DNA of 64,000 nt from the human T2T-CHM13v2.0 reference genome, Homo sapiens. The position numbers were made by a program, and so were the translations under genes. The DNA lies in NCBI RefSeq assembly GCF_009914755.1, contig NC_060933.1. One strand, written 5' to 3'. The notes under the pieces are model-generated. The model did not search any database and was not told the origin of the DNA. It worked only from the letters and a program-made list of their open reading frames with translations. Position 1 is the stretch's first letter, and every line of letters begins with the position of its first letter. Positions 47,250 to 61,274 of this stretch are shown here, one piece after another.

Positions 47250-49488
47250 ACTATTTTCATAAAAAGTATTCTATCAAGGCCTCAGATATTAGAATAAAAA
47301 ACAATATATTATCTAGTCTTTAGTTCTTTAATTTTTAATCACAGTGGTCATACCCAATGTGGCCATATGCAAGCAAAAAGCAAACAAACAAACAAAAAAG
47401 AAGACTGTTTACTATTTTTTATGATTCCTTTGAACATTCCTAGTCATCCAAATATTTGAATCTCTAGTTTGAGAAATAAAGGAGAAATGTTTGTCATGTT
47501 TTTTAAAGAATGAATTTATTTAACACACTCATTGAATATTTATGATGTGCAAAGTTTCCTGCTGGGTACTCTGGGGAAGGTACATTGTGAATAATGCTTA
47601 CTCTCTTAGTAGTTTAATTTCAATTGGAAGAAGACAGGGCCACAACAATCCAACATACAATATAAAAGTTCACAAAATAATATATAATTTGAGACAATGT
47701 GAATTCAGAGAAATAGAAAACTCTTAGAAATTTTAATTTATACATTTAAATACTTTACTCAGAAGAGAAGTATGGTTTTCATTTGACTGAATGGGTAAGT
47801 GAACCTGTGCTATATTCCCAGTGAAGTGAATGGTAACAGCAAAGATAAGAATGTTTGAATGGGAAGGAAATTTATTATAGCACAATGACTATGTGCACTG
47901 ATTCCATTTAAATCATCTTGTACAAGGAAAGAAATTATCTTCATTTTATTACATCTTAATATTGTGTGCAAACTATTGCACTAGAAAATGTAAGCACTAT
48001 AAATACATGCAAGACTCAATTCATGCCCTCAAACAGCATCTTTTATTGTAACTTTTGACACCAATAAATGTTTCATTTCAAATATATTGTTTTTAATTCT
48101 TAAGGTTCTCAGAGGATACAGTCAAATTGAAAACAAAAAGGATTGAAGAATGACAGAAGACAAGCTGTATGGAGAAATATGGATTTAGGGATCTAAGACC
48201 TTCTCAGAAAGTAAAGTTGATTTAAGCTTACAGTCTCAAAGTTTGAGAGCAGTCAAAGAGAGGGAAAGATCCATGCCTAAGAAACTACACAGGTTTTTTA
48301 AAGTTTTTTTTTCTCCCCTTCTAAGTTCTCAGCTGAAGTCTGTGTAATGTTCCTGTCTCTATTGCCCTGTATTATTAAAGCTCAGACTTTCTATCTATGA
48401 AGAATTGGCTGGTGAGGAAATTAGAAATAGAGGTGGAATTAAAGTCATCTCCCTTGGAGATCATATTGTTGGCATTAATTGGGGATTGCAGGCTGAGTAC
48501 AAAGTACCTTGTAATGGCCCAGAAAAAGAAATAGAAAAATTTTTTTCCCCTGGGAGAAAAATGACACTAAAAAAAAAAAAAAAAAGAACAAGCACATAGT
48601 GATTGTCAGTTTCCCCAAATATTTTCTTCTCTGGCAACTCTTTCAATACTGTTCTATAAAATTGCTCTCATCTTCGAAACTACTAAAATGTGAACAATAG
48701 AGAAATAATTAGGCATTTACTTTTTTACTGATTAATTTAAAATAATTATATATTTATTTATTAAAATGTGCTGCTTAACTAATTTTTTATTACACAAATC
48801 TATTCCTTCATATATATTGAAATGGTTGTTTAGAATTTTTCTATTTTTTACTTAACTTTGACATTTGCTGAACTCAGAAGTAGGTAAGGATTTGTTTGAC
48901 ATAATAATACACAGTTAGATTATTTCCTTCAAGTTCTTAGATGCAAAAACAGAATAAAAGTTCAAAGTCACCTAATCAGCTTAATTCCCTAGCACTTAGA
49001 CTTGTGTCCCTCCCTTCTAGGAGAATATATTGCTATTGCCCTCTTAGACATGAGTTAAGAACTGTGAATTATTTAAATTATTCATTTGTTTACTCATTTT
49101 TTTCAATCACTCAAATAACCAAGAAATTAAACATGAGTTTTAGTTAACTTTTTGGATTGTAGTAATTCCTTCTAGGTTGCCAGTAAATCATTTTTCTTAC
49201 TCACTAACGATAGAAAAAATGTATCATGGACGTCAGAGTCCTCAGATACCATGCCACTAACCAGGGATTCTATCCTAAAACAAGGCCAAAAAGAATTAAA
49301 GCTGAAGAAAAATCTCTTCCAGAACAGAGAAATGGGTGGATAGCAGGACTGATGAGATATGGGCCAACTCTGTTCTGTCAGTGAGCACACAAGTCAGCCA
49401 CTGTCCCAGTCTTCCTGCATTTAGTAGAAGTAATGAGACAAGTTCTCACTAATTGAGAGAAGTGAAGTGTTACTTCTGGGCCTAGAGC

Positions 49489-50000
<512 letters not shown>

Positions 50001-50001
50001 A

Positions 50002-50307
50002 TTTATTATTATTATTATTATTTTGAGACAGGGTATCACTGTGTCGCCCAGGCTGGAGTGCAGTGGTGCTATCTAGGCTCACCACAACCTCCTCCTCCTA
50101 GGCTCAAGCAATCCTCTTGCCTCAGCCCCCTCAAGTAGCTGAGACTTCAGGCGTGAGCCACCACGCCCGGCTAATTTTTGTATTTTTTGTAGAGATGGGG
50201 TTTCGTCATGTTGCCCAGGCTGGTCTTGAACTACTGAGGTCAAGTGATCCACCCACCTGGGCCTTCCAAAGTGCTGGGATTACTAGCACGAGCCACAGCA
50301 CCAGGCC
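50002..50307 (-). mobile_element. AluJ-like, with (ATT)n tail
   Basis: ggctcaagcaatcctc and catgttgcccaggctgg. Confidence 0.88.
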
Positions 50308-51214
50308 TATTAATTAATTATTTCCTATTTATCTGTACACATACACACACACAACACATGAAAAACTGTGAGTTTATACTGATACTTCTGAGTCCAAACT
50401 GATACCACGGAATTCATTTTAGCCTGCTAACTTTCTCTGATTTATATAGTTTTTCTCCAACTGCGACAATCCCTTCTCCCATTATCTACAATTGAGTTAC
50501 TGATTTTCTCAAACCTAGTAAACACGTAAAATAATTTCAAAGTTGTTGGGCCGTTTTCTTGTGAGAAACACTTTGCTAACTATCGTACAGCCTGTCTTCC
50601 ATCTCCAGTACTTTCTCGCTGACCTATTTTATTTTTTGTTAATGTTGTTTTCATTCTCTTGGTTTTTACCTGCCTTAGATGCTACTTACTAAATTTTTAC
50701 TTGAGTTTATTCCCCCTTATAACTTACTCTTCATTTTTGAAATGATTTTCTTTTCTTCCATTTATTTTCTGATTTCAATAAACTATTTTCATTTCTTCCT
50801 GTTTTTTGTCCATTTCAGTTATTGGTTTTCGAGCTTCTGATTTAAAGTGTTCTTGTTATAGTCTCAGATGTTTGAGAATATCTAATTCTATTAGGGGTGT
50901 AGATTTATAGATTTCTTGTGCTTCATAGCTGTTTATTTTGTGGGAGCAGGGTATTCCTCAGTCAATTTGTGTGAAAGTTCATTTACTCTTTTTCTGCCAT
51001 TGTTCTGTGTAGATTTAATTTCTGCTTGTTCATCATTATGGTAGTGTGGTGTTTTCCAAGATTCCTAGTTTAATGACATGCTTTTCTGTCAGCCTAATAA
51101 AATCCAGTACTTTTAGCAGGTTTGCTTGATTTGGGAGAGGCACATGGCCATTTATAAAATTTTCTTTGGCGTGTCAGGACCTTAAAACATTCTCTCTTTT
51201 CTTTTATTCTTTTT

Positions 51215-51220
51215 TTAATT

Positions 51221-51255
<35 letters not shown>

Positions 51256-51633
51256 TTTTTTATTATACTTCAAGTTCTAGGGTACATGTGCACAACATGC
51301 AGGTTTGTTACATATGTATACATGTGCCATGTTGGTGCGCTGCACCCATTAACTCGTCATTTACATTAGGTAGATCTCCTAATGGTATCCCTCCCCCCTC
51401 CCCCCACCCCACAACAGGCCCCGATGTGTGATGTTCCCCTTCCTGTGTCCAAGTGTTCTCGTTGTTCAATTCCCACCTATGAGTGAGAACATGCGGAGTT
51501 TGGTTTTTTGTCCTTGCGATAGTTTGCTGAGAATGATGGTTTCCAGCTTCAGGGTATTCAGTTAGGAAAACAGGAAGTCAAACTGTCCCTGTTTGCAGAT
51601 GACATGATTGTATATCTAGAAAACCCCATCGTC
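51215..51633 (-). mobile_element. L1PA with 5' inversion: 3' end antisense 51215-51551, RT segment sense 51551-51633
   Basis: The inverted piece encodes [27 protein letters not shown]. 14-bp TSD cttttattcttttt at 51201-14 and 51633-46. Confidence 0.95.
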
Positions 51634-52294
51634 TTTTATTCTTTTTACCACCCGGTTGCTCATGGAGCCATCTTCCTTCCTTTTCCCCCTTTTTCTCTGC
51701 CAGAAGCTGCATGTTTGTATAAACGACTGTCCCTTTAAGATCATGCTTCTGCCTTTAAACAAAGTCTATCTTTTCCAGTGCTGAACTTGGCCCTTCAAGT
51801 GGCTCAGACTTTTAAATCCTTTTCAGTCGGCTGCTCCATTTGCCTGGTTACTTCTTAAGTGGTTCAGATTCAGGGTGGATTAACCTTTCTGGCGGTCGCT
51901 CCATCTCTTCCCCAGGACCCCTGGCCAGCCATCCTCCCCGGTCTACCCTGCAGATTTTCCATCTGCCTCAGTTCCCAGCAGGACAGGACAGTGGGACTGC
52001 GAGGGACTCACAGTTATTTCTTGGTCTGGGCATTGCTTGAGGCCTAGGGATGCCAAGGTTGTGGGTCTGCCAAGAAACTCCATAACTGAAGTTATTTCCT
52101 ATCATTTGTGGAGAAGACATAGAAGGTTACTTACTTCACACTCCACATCCACCATTGTCTTCAGCTACTTCACAAATTATTATAATTATTTCTAGACCAA
52201 CAATCTAGTAGGAAAAGAGCAAAAGGATAAAGGCACTATTCATATAAAAACCAGTAAAACAATAATAAACCATATCCATTAATAAATAAATACA

Positions 52295-53090
52295 AATGAG
52301 ATACCATCTCATGCCAGTTAGAATGACAATCATTAAAAAGTCAGGAAACAACAGATGCTGGAGAGTTTGTGGAGAAATAGGAATGCTTTTACACTGTTGA
52401 TGGGAGTGTAAATTAGTTCAACCATTGTGGGAGACAGTGTGGCGATACCGCAAGGATCTAGAACCACAAATACCATTTGACCCAGCAATCCAATTACTGG
52501 GCATATACCCAAAGGATTATAAATCATTCTACTATAAAGACACATGCATGTGTATGTTTATTGCAGCACTATTTTCAATGACAGGGACTTGGAACCAATC
52601 CAAATGCCCATCGGTGATTTACTGGATAAAGAAAATGTGGCACATATACACCATGGAATACTATGTAGCCATAAAAAAGAATGAGCTCATGTTCTTTGTG
52701 GGGACATGGATGAAGCTGGAAACCATCAGTCTCAGTAAACCATCATTCTCAGTTCCTGTGTTAGTTTGCTGAGAATGATGTTTGCTGAGAACAATTTTGT
52801 TTGCTGAGAACAAACACCGCATGTTCTCACTCAGAAATGGGAGCTGAACAATGAGAACACATAGACACAGGGAAGGGAACATCACATACCAGGGCCTGTT
52901 GGGGGGTGGAGGGCAAGTGGAGGGAGAGCATTAGGACAAATACCTAATGCATTCAGGGCTTAAAACCTAGATGATGGGTTGATGGGTGCAGCAAACCTCC
53001 TAGCACATGTATACCTATGTAACAATCCTGCACGTTCTGCACCTGTATCCCAGAATTTATAGCCAAATAAAAAATAAAAAAATAAAATAG
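52295..53090 (+). mobile_element. 5'-truncated L1PA (PA7/8-like) with internal rearrangement, inside an older L1M
   Basis: aatgagataccatctc...WETVWRYRKDLEPQIPFDPAI...3'UTR. Confidence 0.93.
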
Positions 53091-54436
53091 AGATAGAGTT
53101 TTTTATTCCATTATATTGAGAAACATCAACAAAGTTGATACCAAATACTAACAAGGTGTGAGGAAACCTTCATGCATTACTGATGAGAGAATAAACTGGT
53201 GCGATATTTTTAGATGACACCTAAGCTGTGGCTTTGAAAATTAAAGTGACCCATAGCTTTTGGCACAACAATGGCAGGTCAAGATATTTACATTTTTAAA
53301 ATTTATCTGCATATGTGCATAAAGACAGAAATGTGAGTTTATTGCAATATAGCAAAAGTCTGAAAATAAACTCAAGTTTAACAAAGTGAACTAATGTAGT
53401 TTGGTTTTAAAAAATGGAAGCTGCCTTAGGCACTTAGAGATGTTATTCCAGTATATGCTTAGAATTAAGTGTCTTAGAAATATTTATGAAAGAAATGTAG
53501 CAGCAGAAATTTCTAGTCTGCAAGAACCAAAGGTATCAACGGTTAAGCAACATAAGATAAAGATTTTACACATTAAACTTGGTTTGAGGCTCATTTTGTC
53601 TGTTAGAGATCATGGCATAGTTGTATGCTTAGTCTCAAGCATAAAGTGCATGAAGCAAAACAAGAATGATAAAGGCTTTGATATAATTAGATATTGTTTT
53701 TCAAAAAATCTTTAAAATAATAACATGGTTTTATTTTAAATATCAAATGCACATTATATTAAGAAGAAAACAGAAACAGCCTTGTAAGCTTATAATTTGG
53801 CGATTTTCCTAGCAGCCCTCTTTTTTCTTCTATTTTATATACACAGCGTGTGTAATTATGTCTCATATCACAGATACATTTTTATACTTTTTCACTTAAC
53901 ATTGACTGCATCATCATGACCTTTTTCCAATATCATTAAATGTTTTACAAATGCATAATTTTAAGAGCTGCTTATTTTTCAATATATATTTCAACACCAA
54001 ATTGTATTTTGCACTTTGGTACATGTTGGACATATGAGTTGCTTCTGGCTTTTTTTCCTTTCTACATGCTATAGTACATGATGGAACAATATGCATCTCT
54101 GAGTATAAAGTCCCCATCTTTAAATGTTTGGTATGAATATGTGGTAAAGTCATAGGAATCTGATTCAAAAATTACAAATAATATTTCTGAGAAAGATTTC
54201 CAAACTGATTCCATAAAGATGACAGCAATTTGTAGTGTGTAGATCAGTGATGTTAGAGTAAACGTTATAGTAGGTGATGTTGCTTAACAGATCATAGTGG
54301 ATAGAGTTTTGGTTTAAGCTAAAAACAGTGGCTGATAGTGTAGGGTAAAAACGATTGATTAGCTTTGGCATTTAGAAAGACTTGAACTATAATCAGACTT
54401 CAGTTATTGACTGTGTAACTCAAGATAAGAAAATAA

Positions 54437-55070
54437 ACAACCGTTGTGGAAGACAGTGTGGCGATTCCTCAGGGATCTAGAACTAGAAATACCATTTTAC
54501 CCAGCCATCCCATTACTGGGTACATACCCAAAGGATTATAAATCATGCTGCTATAAAGACACATGCACACGTATGTTTATTGCAGCACTATTCACAATAG
54601 CAAAGACTTGGAACCAACCCAAATGTCCATCAATGATAGACTGGATTAAGAAAACGTGGCACATATACACCATGGAATACTATGCAGCCATAGAAAATGA
54701 TGAATTCATGTCCTTTGTAGGGACATGAATGAAGCTGCAAACCATCATTCTCAGCAAACTATCACAAGGACAAAAAACCAAACACCGCATGTTCTCACTC
54801 ATAGGTAGGAATAGAACAATGAGAACACTTGGACACAGGAAGGGGAACATCACACATCGGGGCCTGTTGTGGGGTGGGGAACGGGGGGAGGGGGGAGGGA
54901 AAGCATTAGGAGATCTACCTAATGTAAATGAGGAGTTAATGGGTGCAGCACACCAACATGGCACATGTATACATATGTAACAAACCTGCACGTTGTGCAC
55001 ATGTACCCTAGAACTTAAAGTATAATAATTAAAAAAAATAAAATATAAACTTCTAAAAAAAAGAAAAAAA
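54437..55070 (+). mobile_element. 5'-truncated L1PA (PA4-6-like), inserted in a MIR
   Basis: WKTVWRFLRDLELEIPF...; G-rich 3'UTR; TSD ~aaaataaaca; MIR halves on both sides. Confidence 0.93.
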
Positions 55071-55348
55071 AATAAACATCTTTTAGCTTCCTTATATTTA
55101 CTCAAACAATGATTCTAGTAATAATTACCTAAAATACGATTGTGAGAAATAAGTAGCAAACAAAGCACCATTCAGTTCCTGGACCATGCTTTGTGTTTAG
55201 TAGAAGACAAATTTTATTATCATTATAGTAGGTAGGTAGGTGGAAAAATTTATGAGGAGTGAACTTATTCCAATATCATGTATCTATTAACTACAATTTT
55301 AAAATATATTAATTTAAAAATGTTAAAGTCTATATTAAGTCTATTCAA

Positions 55349-55738
<390 letters not shown>

Positions 55739-58399
55739 TTAGATTGATTCATCTGAAAAGCAATAGTGCTGCATAGAAAAAGCTGCAATGGGAGTAAAGT
55801 GGCAATGCTTGGACCACTGTATGAAGCAAAATAAATTGTTACTCAGTGAGAGGAGAAAGGTCTCCTCTAATGCATCCAAGAACTTCTGCTTTCACAGTTC
55901 CTTGTATGGAAAGAGCGCATTAGAGGACTAAAAACCTTGCCAGGTTACCTGCAATTTGACAATACCAGGCTGTTTGTGGAGCTGCTCTCTGAGGGGCTTT
56001 TAGCTTCCATATGAGGTTCGTGATGGCTTTTTAAAAAGAATTGTTTTAGCTTTAGTCTATCAGTCCAGGTAACCCAATGGTCTTCCATTCAAGGCTGAAA
56101 GTTCTGGAAATACAGCACCCCTTTGGCAATCATCAAAGAAGCTCCTAACAATATTAATATACTTAAAAATAGCAAAAATTTTCCCTTCCTATTTTTTTTT
56201 GAAACTCTACAGTGGCTCTGATTTATGAATATCTGATATATCTTCTTGCCAGATATCACTCATGGACTTGGATTATTATTTATTTCAGCATCTAAAAATA
56301 TTCTAGGCTACAGTAATTAAGATAGAATTAAATATCAAGAATAACTTGACTAGAGCCAGAAAATTCAAAGTGAAGTAATTTTGTATCTTGGACCTGTCGT
56401 TTATTTTTTACTGTGAACTATTATAACTCATGAGGGTTTTTTTCAAAGAACAATTATTGTTGATTATTGTGTTCTCTTTTGGGAATTTTAGGGTGGAATT
56501 GTTTTATATGTTGATGAATTTTTTTATATGTTGATAAATTTTTGTTGTCTTAAATTGAAGCCAGAAACTTGTCTTATTTTTATTTATTTGTTAAAAATAG
56601 CCTTTCTGCTTTGTATTCGTCCTATTAGAAACATTGCTCCAACTGAAACGGCACAAACGTGCTGCTTTTGAAATTTTGAGGGTTGCCCTCTCCTGTATTT
56701 TAGGACTGGCCCAGATTCATTCTCACTCAGCAGTTCTGTGAAAAGAAAGAAAGAAAATAATCAGAATTCTTTAAAAATATAGAACCCAACAGATTCAGAT
56801 TAGATTTAACCTATTGTCAAACAACTTTCATTTAAAATTTATTTTTAAAAAATCAAGCATGTTTTCAAAGACCAATACTTTAAGCAAGGATTTGCTATTG
56901 TATGAATTATGGACAGACAGTGTGTCTCTCATTTCTGCTGATTGTGGTGGTATCAAATAGAAGAATGCTCTGATGAAGTCAAGATCGAAATTGTGGTATA
57001 GATTGAGATAAAATGAAACCATCTATATATTGTTTCACTTTGGAAACATTAGGGAAATACTAAAGGGTTGGTACTGAAGGAGATAACAGGGGGAATAAAA
57101 AGGAAGAGCTTTAGGAAACTGTATTGATCCAACCTGGCTGTGAGGCAACGGATTTACCATTAGTGCCTGATTCTCCACAGCCCCTTGAGGGACCAAGGTA
57201 GGCCTCCTGACAAAGAATTCCTGTGGAAAAGGCTCAGAATTCTCAAAGTTAGTTCTCCTCTGCCTTGCTTCATGGTCTTTTGCCTCTTTTTGTTTTCTAG
57301 ACTCTGTGTTGATGATTCTCTCCTAAATTCAGTGCAGTCTTTCCTCCTGCTAGGATGATTTGTACCAATTGACTATCCTAACTTTTGAACTATCACCCTA
57401 TTCATTTGCTATTTTTACCAGCTTTTGGTAAAAGGATACCTGAAGAAGACCACTTAAAAAATGGCTTTTGGTTCCCAATCCTCGAAACCTCTTACCCTTA
57501 AACAGTGTTATGGAAACTGTCATTCACTTAGGTGAGATTAACGGTTAACACATCCTTTTCCACCCACTTTATTCTAGGGCAGCACTTTCAGGTAGTTAAA
57601 AAAAAGAAAAAAGAAACACAACTGACTTTTAAATCATCGTTATTCTGTTAACACATAAAGTTAAAGGCAATTACTTTTTCTATTTCTTTTTGTTTTCTTT
57701 TTAGAAAAATCTTAGGCATTAAGATGTGCTACATTAATGTAATTGTTTCAACTTACAGTTTATCAAATCAGCAAATGCAAGCTTTAAATCAGTGTCATTT
57801 TTTAGCCTTAAAATAAATTGTTCTCTGAATTTGGGCAGCTTATTTCTGGCAGTTTGCAGATGGACAGCCTCATGGCATTACTGAATGTATGCATTAGAAC
57901 ATAATTAGCTACATGTAAAGATAGGTTTAGCTCTTTCTAAATGGGTTAATCAGTTCTCACTGAATTCAGGGAAATATAAGGGAAATTCAATGCTCAATGT
58001 GTTTAGATTTGTTGGCTTAGGCTTTAAGTAAGCTGGATATAAATAAATACATACCCCAATGGGAACTAGTTCTGTCATCTTCAGCCTTTCTATCAAGTTA
58101 TCAAAGCATGAGTATTGCTTGGTCATTTTCCAGGAAGCTCCTTTGTTTTGATTTAGTTTGTTTTCATTTGTAATCTGGAGTTTTCTGTTTGCATCATTAA
58201 GTAGATACCTTTTGTGGTGCACTGCCTTTGCAGGTGGGTTGTGAAAGGGCAGGGCTCATTTAGTTAGTTATTAGAATACCTTCAGTAAATGAGTTGTAAA
58301 ATACAACACAATTAAAAACAAGAAAACTGGGCTGCATCTCTGCCTTTCATTTCATACCCCAGGTGACTGGGATTTTTTATTCCTTCTGCTCCAGGTGAC

Positions 58400-58965
58400 A
58401 TCTAAAGTTGCTGTTCCTCCAGGGCTCTGCCTGCGGTGTCTTTGTCTCTATCTTCTCTGTTAGATGTCCTTATCTAGTTCTATACCTTTAAACACTATCT
58501 ATAGGTTGATGGGGTTCCTTAATGTGTATATCTTGGACTGATCTCTCCCTTGTGTTCTATCTTCATCTGGATGTGTAATAAATGTCTCAAACTGAAAATA
58601 ACAGGGGAAATAAAAAGGAAGATCAAACAGAACTCCTGATTACCTCTAACCCCAAATTTTCATGTGACTATCCCTCACTTCCCAGTCTTCTCAATCTCAG
58701 TAGAAGACATCACTATCTACCTAGATATCAGAAATTCTGGGAGGTATTCTGGGTGACTCTTTTTTCTTCAACCCCAATCCAATCAATTAGAGGTACAGTT
58801 GATTCTACCATGTCTAAATAGATCGAATCCCTTCAGTTTAACTCTTCACCGCCAGACACCCAGTAGTCTAAACCTCCGTTCTCTCTCTCCTGCATCACTG
58901 CAGTAACCTAACCAGTCTTCCTGCTTTCACCTGTGCCTCTCTTCAAAATTTTCCAAAGGTAAGCA
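58400..58965 (+). mobile_element. L2 ORF2 fragment (continues at ~61275-61870)
   Basis: gttcctccagggctctg...catctggatgt...ccaatccaatca...tcttcctgctttcac. Confidence 0.65.
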
Positions 58966-58984
58966 AGGTCTTCCCAGGTTCCTT

Positions 58985-61272
58985 ATATCTTTTTGTCTTT
59001 CACAATGTAATTGTAAACATGTTTAAACATTCAAAAGTTTAAAGAGAGACTAGTACAATGAATCCCTATGTACCCATCATTTGGATTGAATAATTATCAT
59101 TTACTCTATCTTCATGTGCCTTTCTCCCCAGACACACTCTTAAATACTCTCAGATGAATTCCAGATATCATATTACTTTATCGGTGAATACTTCAGTATA
59201 TATTGATGAAAGATAAAAAATCCTTAACAAGTTTATAACTATAAATAACTATTATGTTCCAATTTCCGTGAAAACCTTAAAATATTATTTTATAGTTTCA
59301 AGCAAGTTTCATACAGGTATTTGGCTGCTTATTTCTTAAATCTCTTTTTAATTTATATATTCCCCTTTCCTCTCTCTTCTTTTATCTTCCAACTTATCTG
59401 TTGAAGAGATCTGCCATTCAATCTGCAATCTGTCATTCAGTTTACTTCTGTCCAATCTGCAGACCTCTTTCTGAATTTTCCTAATTGCATGCCTTCCAAC
59501 ATGGTGCCTTTTAACATTTTCCTCTGACCTAGTGATTTTCTGAAACCTAGTGGTTACATTAGGGACTAGATAACATTCACACTTATACTGTGGCAATAAT
59601 AGTTCATAGGTGATGTTTGTATTTCCTAGCGTAACACATCAAAAGGCACGTAATTTTTGATTGCATCATTCTTTTTGAGACATTAAAACCAATTAGTAGG
59701 TTAAGGTATTGTTATCAGCCTGATGCATTCATAATAATGTTTCCGTCCATAACTCAATTAGGAATTGTAGGTACTGTTCATATTTGTAGCCTGAATCTGT
59801 TTTTTGTTGTTGTTGTTGAAGGTTGCAAATGCTTATATTCTAACTCTACATTCTTTCTTCACCTATTTTCTTGAAAATGTCTAAAGGAAAACACTTTCAT
59901 CATCTAGTTGTTAATACTGAGATGAGTTTGTACAGGGAATACAGGATAAATGAGAAATTTTTCTCCTTATTTACAGATTTTAGAAGAACGAATTGGTTTT
60001 TTAACATCTTTCATGGAGATTGTATTTTTTCTTATTATTTCATAGATTTAAATCTATGAAATCCTAGATTTTAAGATATGTAAAGTATTTTAAACACTTA
60101 TTCATTGCAACTATTATTATAGCTGTTCAAAATATTTTTTCTTTCTTTCTCCTTTTTTTTTTTAGCCACTGAGCTACTTCAACATGGCTTTGTTGATGTA
60201 ACTCAAAGCCTTCCAACTCTCTCTGTTAAGATCTGTGCTCTTCTTATGTATTTCTTGTCCAACACCTGGAAGCAGCCAGTTTTCCAAAAACTCTGGCTTC
60301 TTTAAGAAGAATGTGATTTTTAAAGACCTTAATTTAAGGCTAGAGATGCTCATGTCTACTATATTGTATTGGTCAGTGTTTCCAGACTTTTTCACTGGAA
60401 GAGTTTGGAAAAAAAGTGAAGATAAAAATATACCATGAGTTGATATTGAGATTTGATTCCAATATTAATTTGACTTCATAAATACTACATTTCTGTATAT
60501 TCTAGGGTGAAAACCTTGGATCCTAATAACAGTATATAAGTACTTTTTACTCATCCAATGTGTGTGTGTACAAATGGTTTGCTTGCCAATTACAGACACA
60601 CATACATATACACTAGCTACAGAATAACAACACGATTAGAAAAAACAGTTTGAGATCTTTACAGCGTTTTTTGTCCTTACCTTGTATCCCATTGGATATG
60701 TAAAAATTACTATATTTTAAAATCATTTGATATAATGCCTGTTTGTGTGGTTTAGCCCCCTGATATGTAGTTTATTTCATTTGTTTTCTTTGGCTTTTAT
60801 TTCATAAAGATTTATTTCTGCTTATATTTCATATAGTTTTTTTGTATGATTATAAGAGCATTTACATGATTCCAAAATCAAAACTATAAAATCAGGGGCA
60901 GTCAGAGAAGTCTCCCTTCTAAGCCAATCCCCTTCATTCTAGTCTTCTCTTCCCCTCTAGGTAACCTAATCTTCAAATTAGTTTTTGGTTTATTCTCTAT
61001 TTTCAATATAAGAATATTCGTATGCAGGGGTGTGCTTTTGTGATTTATGCCCTTTTTAAAGATAGCATACAGTATACACTTTTTGCCACCTTCCTTTTTT
61101 ACTTAATGATATATACTATGTATCACTCAATAGCAGTTACAGAACTGTTTCTCATTCCTTTTTATAGCTACATAACACTCTATTTTATGTATATGTCATA
61201 ATTAATTAAACCAGTCACCTATTTATGGATCTTTGGGATGTTTCTAGTCTTTTGCTTTATAAATATTGCTCT
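58985..61272 (-). mobile_element. Old L1ME-type 3' region
   Basis: tagtacaatgaatccctatgtacccatc; cattcctttttatagctaca...gtttctagtcttttgc. Confidence 0.6.
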
Positions 61273-61274
61273 CT

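Noticed and set aside
52720-52812. Repeat-spacer-like triple 12-mer (CRISPR-like look)
   Set aside because: Human DNA, and the units derive from the adjacent L1 sequence with irregular short spacers.
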